Source: Flavobacteriales bacterium TMED84 (GTDB taxonomy: Bacteria > Bacteroidota > Bacteroidia > Flavobacteriales > BACL11). Taken from it: a stretch of 64,000 nucleotides of DNA. Positions 58,817-64,000 of this stretch are shown here, in pieces. The translations under genes and the position numbers were made by a program. The number at the start of each line of letters is the position of its first letter. Position 1 is the stretch's first letter. The stretch is taken from NCBI GenBank assembly GCA_002172655.2, contig NHEL02000013.1, positions 18,572 through 82,571 on the forward strand, read 5' to 3'. The notes under the pieces were generated by a model. The model did not search any database and was not told the DNA's origin. It worked only from the letters and a program-made list of their open reading frames with translations.

Positions 58817-58832
58817 TAACAAATTAAATGTT

Positions 58833-60116
58833 ATGAGATATCAAAAAATTAACAGAGAATTATTCATCAATAACAGATTTAAATTTAATCAAAAAACTAC
58901 TGACAATAGTTTAACTGTATTTAATTCGAATGATCAAATGCCAACTAATGCTGATGGAACAATGCCCTTCAAGCAAAATAGCGATCTATTTTGGATGACA
59001 GGAATAAATCAAGAAGATACTACTCTGATAATTGCAAAAATTAATGGTAAAATTTTAGAAAAGCTATATATCAAAGAAACGAATGAACATATATCTATTT
59101 GGGAAGGAGAAAAGCTAACAAAAGAACATGCTAAACAAATTTCTGGTATTGAATCAATTTCTTGGAATGAGTGTTTTTTAGAAGATTTTAAAAATTTATG
59201 CAATCAGATCAATTCAATATATCTAAATAAAAACATACATACAAGATCAAAAAATAACGTTGAAACTCGCGATGATAGATTTAGAAAGAAAATAAAATCA
59301 GACTTCTCAAATAAAGAAATTTTAGAAGCCGCCCCAATAGTTAATGATTTAAGAAGAATCAAATCAAATGAAGAAATTAAATTATTAAAAATGGCTTGCG
59401 ACATTACTGGAGAAGCTTTTAGAAAAGTTTTAAAATTTGTAAAACCAGGCGTAATGGAATATGAGATTGAAGCTGAAATAGCTCATACATTTATTTCTAA
59501 TTGTTCAAAAGGGTTCGCATATGAGCCAATAATTGGATCTGGCTTTAGCTCTTGTATTTTACATTACATTGAAAATAATAAGATTTGTAATGATGGAGAT
59601 ATCTTACTAATGGATTTTGGAGCTGAGTATGCGAACTATTGTGCTGATCTTAGCAGAACCATTCCAGTAAATGGAAAATACACAAAAAGACAAAAAGATG
59701 TATACAATTCTGTTTTACACGTGTTCAATTGCGCAAAAAGTATGCTTGTTCCAGGCACATTGATTGAAGACTATCATAAAGAGGTTGGAAAAATCATGCA
59801 AAATGAATTGATAAAGCTTAAACTAATTGATAGTCATGATGTGAAAAAGCAAGATGAAAAAAATCCAATTTATAAAAAGTATTTTATGCATGGAACATCT
59901 CATTTTCTTGGTCTTGACGTACACGATGTTGGTAATGTAAAACTTCCAATAGAAAAAGGAATGGTTTTTACATGTGAACCAGGTATTTATATACGTGAGG
60001 AAAGCTTGGGGATAAGAATAGAGAATGATGTTCTCGTTTCTGAAAATGAACCTGTTGACCTGATGGGGGGTATTCCTATAGAGGCTAATCATATTGAAGA
60101 GATTATGAACTCTTAA
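58833..60116 (+). CDS. pepP: Xaa-Pro aminopeptidase (M24B family)
   Basis: 427 aa with pita-bread fold metal ligands (LMDFGAEY...CADLSRT, HGTSHFLGLDVHD, TCEPGIY, RIEND). Confidence 0.88.
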   Translation: MRYQKINRELFINNRFKFNQKTTDNSLTVFNSNDQMPTNADGTMPFKQNSDLFWMTGINQEDTTLIIAKINGKILEKLYIKETNEHISIWEGEKLTKEHAKQISGIESISWNECFLEDFKNLCNQINSIYLNKNIHTRSKNNVETRDDRFRKKIKSDFSNKEILEAAPIVNDLRRIKSNEEIKLLKMACDITGEAFRKVLKFVKPGVMEYEIEAEIAHTFISNCSKGFAYEPIIGSGFSSCILHYIENNKICNDGDILLMDFGAEYANYCADLSRTIPVNGKYTKRQKDVYNSVLHVFNCAKSMLVPGTLIEDYHKEVGKIMQNELIKLKLIDSHDVKKQDEKNPIYKKYFMHGTSHFLGLDVHDVGNVKLPIEKGMVFTCEPGIYIREESLGIRIENDVLVSENEPVDLMGGIPIEANHIEEIMNS

Positions 60117-61131
60117 GAGAATCCCAACCTTGAGCGGTTAGCTCATGAGCTTGGTTATCATTGGTTATGAAAAAATTACCCTCAGATTTATCAGTAATAT
60201 GACCTATTATAGTAAAGTCAGGATCTTTCTCAAGCTTTGAATATTCTTTTTGATCAATTGTAAATAACAGTTCATAATCTTCACCACCATTTAGAGCGCA
60301 AAAAATTGGGTTTAAGTTTAATTCTGCTGCCTTATTCATTACAGTATAATCAATTGGAATTTTATCTTCATAAATTTTAACAGAAACTTTTGAGGATTTT
60401 GAAATGTGTAAAAGCTCTGAAGAAAGGCCATCAGAAATATCAATCATTGAAGTTGGTATAATTCCTATTTCGTTTAATATTTCAAAATACTTTTTTGGTG
60501 CCTCTGGTTTCAATTGTCTTTGTAAAATATAATCATAACCTTCTAGCTTGGGTTGAACGTCTGGATTGTCCAGGAAAATTTCTTTTTCTCTTCTCAAGAC
60601 TTGTAAGCCTAGATAAGCTGCTCCTAAATCTCCAGTAACAACAATTAAATCATTTTTTTTAGCGCCGCTTCTTTTAACTACTCTTTCTTTTTTTACTTGT
60701 CCCAAAGCTGTTATTGAAATAGTCAAACCCGATTGTGAAGTTGTGGTATCTCCACCAACTAAGTCTATATTATATTTTTCACAAGCTAGCTTTATACCTT
60801 TATATAATTCTTGAATAGATTCGATTTTAAATCTATTTGAAATTGCTATTCCTACAACTATTTGCTTTGGTATACCATTCATAGCATAGATATCCGATAA
60901 ATTAACAATTACACTTTTGTATCCAAGATGCATCAGAGGTGTGTAAGAGAGATCAAAATGAATTCCCTCTACTAATAAGTCTTTACTTATGAGTGTTTGT
61001 AGTTTAGAACTTTCTATAATAGCAGAGTCATCACCTATCCCCAATAAACTTTCAGAATTTTTTATTTCAAAATTCTCAGTAATTTTTTCAATGAATGAAA
61101 ACTCACCTAATTCAAAATTGTTTTTTGTCAT
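60103..61131 (-). CDS. thiL: Thiamine-phosphate kinase
   Basis: 342 aa with AIR-synthase-related fold blocks (GIGDDSAII, LVEGIHFD, LVGGDTT, DISDGL). Confidence 0.9.
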   Translation of the reverse strand: MTKNNFELGEFSFIEKITENFEIKNSESLLGIGDDSAIIESSKLQTLISKDLLVEGIHFDLSYTPLMHLGYKSVIVNLSDIYAMNGIPKQIVVGIAISNRFKIESIQELYKGIKLACEKYNIDLVGGDTTTSQSGLTISITALGQVKKERVVKRSGAKKNDLIVVTGDLGAAYLGLQVLRREKEIFLDNPDVQPKLEGYDYILQRQLKPEAPKKYFEILNEIGIIPTSMIDISDGLSSELLHISKSSKVSVKIYEDKIPIDYTVMNKAAELNLNPIFCALNGGEDYELLFTIDQKEYSKLEKDPDFTIIGHITDKSEGNFFITNDNQAHELTAQGWDSLKSS

Positions 61132-61178
61132 TTATACAGCAAAGATAAATATTATGTGTTTTCTGATTTGAAATTTTG

Positions 61179-61186
61179 TAATTTTG
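61179..61186 (+). promoter_or_regulatory. Candidate -7 promoter box (TAatTTTG) for the suf operon
   Basis: Exact TAnnTTTG match ending 4 nt before the ATG at 61191. Confidence 0.4.
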
Positions 61187-61190
61187 TAAA

Positions 61191-61514
61191 ATGATATTAG
61201 TTAGCGATAATGCAAGAGACAAGTTAAATCAACTGCTGATTGAAGATAATGGCGGAAAGGAATACGTAAGAGTTGGCGTTGAAAGCGGTGGTTGCTCTGG
61301 TCTTGTTTATAAACTTGACTTTGATGATAACATGAATAATGAAGATGAATTAGTTGAGCATAACGATATCAAGCTCATTATTAACAAAAAAAGCATTTTA
61401 TTTCTAGCAGGCACAACATTAGAGTACTCATCCGGACTAAATGGTAAAGGGTTTGTGTTTAATAATCCTAATGCAAATAGGACTTGTGGCTGTGGAGAAA
61501 GTTTTTCACTTTAA
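61191..61514 (+). CDS. HesB/IscA/SufA family iron-sulfur cluster insertion protein
   Basis: 107 aa with GGCSG and the C-terminal CGCGESF cluster-ligand motif. Confidence 0.9.
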   Translation: MILVSDNARDKLNQLLIEDNGGKEYVRVGVESGGCSGLVYKLDFDDNMNNEDELVEHNDIKLIINKKSILFLAGTTLEYSSGLNGKGFVFNNPNANRTCGCGESFSL

Positions 61515-61522
61515 ATAGAGGC

Positions 61523-62980
61523 ATGAAAATTGAACCTAAAATATCCGAAGATATTTTACTGGACGAAGTAACCAGTAAAGAATATAAATATGGATTTACA
61601 ACAAACATTGAATCTGAGAAAATTGAAAAGGGTTTAAATGAGGATGTAATCAAATTCATTTCTAAGAAAAAAAATGAACCTGATTGGATGCTTGATTTTA
61701 GGCTTGAAGCCTTTAAAGTTTGGAAAGAAATGGAAGAGCCTGATTGGGCCAATATAAATTATCCAAAGCCAGATTATCAGGACATAGTTTACTACTGCGC
61801 ACCAAAACAAAAGAAAAAATTAAATAGTCTTGATGATTTGGATCCGGAAATGAAAAGAACATTTGATAGACTAGGAATTTCTATTGATGAACAAAAAAGA
61901 CTAGCTAATGTTGCTGTGGATATTGTTATGGATTCTGTTTCAGTTGCAACATCATTTAAAGAAAAATTAGCTGAACTCGGTATTATATTTTGCCCCATTT
62001 CTGAAGCCATTCAAAAATACCCTGAGCTGGTCAAAAAATATATTGGTACGGTTATTCCTGTAAGAGATAATTTTTTCTCTGCATTAAATTCTGCAGTTTT
62101 TTCAGATGGATCTTTTTGTTACATTCCAAAGGGAACAGAGTGCCCTATGGAATTATCTACATACTTCAGAATAAATGAAGCAGGCACAGGACAATTTGAG
62201 AGAACGTTAGTTATTGCCGAAGAGGGTAGTTATGTGAGTTATCTTGAAGGTTGCACTGCTCCAATGCGAGATGAAAACCAGTTGCACGCTGCTGTTGTTG
62301 AGTTAGTTGCACTAGATAGTGCTGAGATTAAATATTCTACAATTCAAAATTGGTATCCCGGAGATAAGAATGGTATAGGTGGTGTATTTAATTTTGTAAC
62401 TAAAAGAGGAATTTGTCATGACAATGCTAAAATTTCTTGGACACAAGTTGAAACAGGTTCAGCAGTCACATGGAAGTACCCATCGTGTGTACTAAAAGGA
62501 AAAAACTCCATTGGTGAATTTTTCTCTGTCGCTGTTACAAATAACTTTCAACAAGCCGACACAGGAACTAAAATGGTTCATTTAGGTGAGAATTCTAAAA
62601 GTACAATTATCGCCAAAGGTATATGCGCAGGCAAAAGTAACGGAAGCTATCGGGGTCTTGTAAAAATTGCAAAAGGCGCTAAAAATTCAAGAAATTTTTC
62701 ACAGTGCGACTCATTGTTGATGGGAGATAAATGTGGTTCTCACACATTCCCCTACATCGAAGTTGATAATAAATCTTCGCAAGTAGAACATGAGGCAACA
62801 ACATCTAAAATTGGAGAGGATCAAATATTTTATTGTAATCAAAGAGGTATAGGAACTGAGGAAGCTGTTGCACTTATTGTTAATGGATATTGCAAAGAAG
62901 TTTTAAACAAATTACCAATGGAATTTGCTGTTGAGGCAAAGAAATTATTAGAAATAACTCTAGAAGGCTCTGTTGGATAA
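61523..62980 (+). CDS. sufB: Fe-S cluster assembly protein SufB. The start is taken at ATG 61523, not the upstream 61484 of the ORF track.
   Basis: It has the conserved N-terminus MKIEPK...[11 protein letters not shown] and SufB core blocks ([36 protein letters not shown]). Confidence 0.93.
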   Translation: MKIEPKISEDILLDEVTSKEYKYGFTTNIESEKIEKGLNEDVIKFISKKKNEPDWMLDFRLEAFKVWKEMEEPDWANINYPKPDYQDIVYYCAPKQKKKLNSLDDLDPEMKRTFDRLGISIDEQKRLANVAVDIVMDSVSVATSFKEKLAELGIIFCPISEAIQKYPELVKKYIGTVIPVRDNFFSALNSAVFSDGSFCYIPKGTECPMELSTYFRINEAGTGQFERTLVIAEEGSYVSYLEGCTAPMRDENQLHAAVVELVALDSAEIKYSTIQNWYPGDKNGIGGVFNFVTKRGICHDNAKISWTQVETGSAVTWKYPSCVLKGKNSIGEFFSVAVTNNFQQADTGTKMVHLGENSKSTIIAKGICAGKSNGSYRGLVKIAKGAKNSRNFSQCDSLLMGDKCGSHTFPYIEVDNKSSQVEHEATTSKIGEDQIFYCNQRGIGTEEAVALIVNGYCKEVLNKLPMEFAVEAKKLLEITLEGSVG

Positions 62981-62991
62981 AAAAGATAAAT

Positions 62992-63729
62992 ATGTTAGAG
63001 ATTAAAAATTTAAAAGCACAGATTAAGGACAAGACAATTCTCAATGGAGTAAATTTAAAAGTAAATAAAGGCGAGGTTCATGCAATCATGGGACCAAATG
63101 GATCTGGTAAAAGCACATTATCCTCAGTTATTGCAGGTAATGAAGATTATGAGGTGAGTTCGGGAAGTATTACATATGAGGGTGACGACTTATTGGAAAT
63201 GGCTCCAGAAGAAAGATCACACAGAGGAGTATTCCTATCATTTCAATACCCAGTTGAGATTCCTGGCTTAAGCGTTTCAAATTTTATAAAAACAGCTATT
63301 AATGAAAAAAGAAAAGCCTTTGGACAAGAAAATATTAGCGCTAAGGAACTATTACAATTGTTCAAAGAAAAATGTGAGATGTTAAACATTGACAAGGAAT
63401 ATTTGTCCAGGTCTCTAAATGAAGGGTTTTCAGGTGGGGAAAAGAAGAGAAATGAAATTTTTCAAATGGCAATGATAGAGCCAAAGCTATCTATTTTAGA
63501 TGAAACTGATTCAGGTTTGGACATAGACGCTCTTAAAATAGTAGCAAATGGGGTGAATTCATTAAAATCAAGCTCCAACTCCATAATTTTAATTACTCAT
63601 TATCAAAGACTACTTAATTACATTGTACCTGACTTCGTACACATACTCAAAGATGGTAAAATTGTAATGTCTGGTGATAAATCGTTAGCTCAGAAATTAG
63701 AAAAGGAAGGGTATAGTTTTTTAAATTAA
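62992..63729 (+). CDS. sufC: Fe-S cluster assembly ATPase SufC
   Basis: 245 aa with Walker A (GPNGSGKST), the ABC signature (FSGGEKKRNE) and Walker B (LSILDETDSGLD). Confidence 0.95.
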   Translation: MLEIKNLKAQIKDKTILNGVNLKVNKGEVHAIMGPNGSGKSTLSSVIAGNEDYEVSSGSITYEGDDLLEMAPEERSHRGVFLSFQYPVEIPGLSVSNFIKTAINEKRKAFGQENISAKELLQLFKEKCEMLNIDKEYLSRSLNEGFSGGEKKRNEIFQMAMIEPKLSILDETDSGLDIDALKIVANGVNSLKSSSNSIILITHYQRLLNYIVPDFVHILKDGKIVMSGDKSLAQKLEKEGYSFLN

Positions 63730-63735
63730 TTAATA

Positions 63736-64000
63736 ATGTTGATTGAAGAAATAAAAAAACATGTCAATGATACTGACTTGACCAGTACACAAAAAAAGAG
63801 CCTCGATTACTTCCTTGAAAATGGATTTCCAACAACAAAAGATGAAGATTGGAAATATACATCTTTAAAAAAAGTTTTAAAGAGAAACTATTGCTTAAAA
63901 TCTTATGAGTTTGAACTGAATGATGAGATGATTCAACAATATTCTCTTGGATTTAAGCACAAAATAATATTTAAAAATGGCAAGATTTATTCAGAGCCGA
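63736..64000 (+). CDS. sufD: Fe-S cluster assembly protein SufD, N-terminal part truncated by the window end
   Basis: ATG 63736 is in suf operon position. The N-terminal motif FPTTKDEDWKYTSL is typical of SufD. Confidence 0.8.
   Translation, partial: MLIEEIKKHVNDTDLTSTQKKSLDYFLENGFPTTKDEDWKYTSLKKVLKRNYCLKSYEFELNDEMIQQYSLGFKHKIIFKNGKIYSEP

Noticed and set aside
61484-61522. The upstream ATG (61484) given by the ORF track as the sufB start, overlapping the IscA-like gene by 31 nt.
   Set aside because: The extension [13 protein letters not shown] is not SufB-like. The in-frame ATG at 61523 gives the conserved MKIEPK...EYKYGF N-terminus and sits just after the upstream stop.
1-64000. Mobile elements, prophage, integrative islands or defence systems (restriction-modification, toxin-antitoxin, retron, CBASS-like and similar).
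   Set aside because: No integrase, transposase, recombinase, reverse transcriptase, nuclease-ATPase pairs, flanking tRNA or direct repeats were seen. Gene content is contiguous housekeeping with uniform composition. The only accessory-type loci are the T9SS adhesin module and the small-protein cluster.

Overview
Strongly AT-rich, very gene-dense chromosomal segment from a Bacteroidota (Flavobacteriia-like) bacterium. The lineage call rests on several signals. There is a 2198-aa SprB-repeat protein with a type-B gliding-motility C-terminal domain next to a PorP/SprF gene, and an esterase with a type-A T9SS sorting domain. There is also a Bacteroidetes-type sdhCAB operon, an ATP-cone-bearing NrdB paired with a short NrdA (class Id-like RNR), and recurrent TAnnTTTG -7 promoter boxes.

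About 60 genes are present, nearly all housekeeping: trpS, metG, aspS, cysS, gatC, lepA, polA, purD, purQ, nadD, gmk, tadA, msrB, thiL, hemW, cyoE, sdhCAB, nrdBA and sufBCD. I saw no rRNA, tRNA, CRISPR array, transposase/integrase or recognisable defence genes.

Main observations:
1. Five otherwise intact genes, including polA and heme O synthase, are each broken by exactly one extra base inside an A/T homopolymer of 9-12 nt. Every coding run of 10 nt or more that I found coincides with a frame break. This is either systematic homopolymer miscalling or slippage-tolerated frameshifts.
2. A degenerate copy of the 3' third of purQ, with an in-frame stop, sits directly behind purQ.
3. An 18-bp tandem repeat (x4, each unit with its own ATG) forms the 5' end of the ATP-cone nrdB.
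4. A terminator-separated cluster of small hydrophobic ORFs (75, 25 and 70 aa) has no recognisable family.
5. A 57-aa membrane ORF missed by the ORF track overlaps the purD 3' end convergently.
6. Several genes have a TAnnTTTG box only 4-7 nt from the start codon, which implies leaderless mRNAs.

I did not find a convincing novel multi-gene system such as a defence or mobile island.
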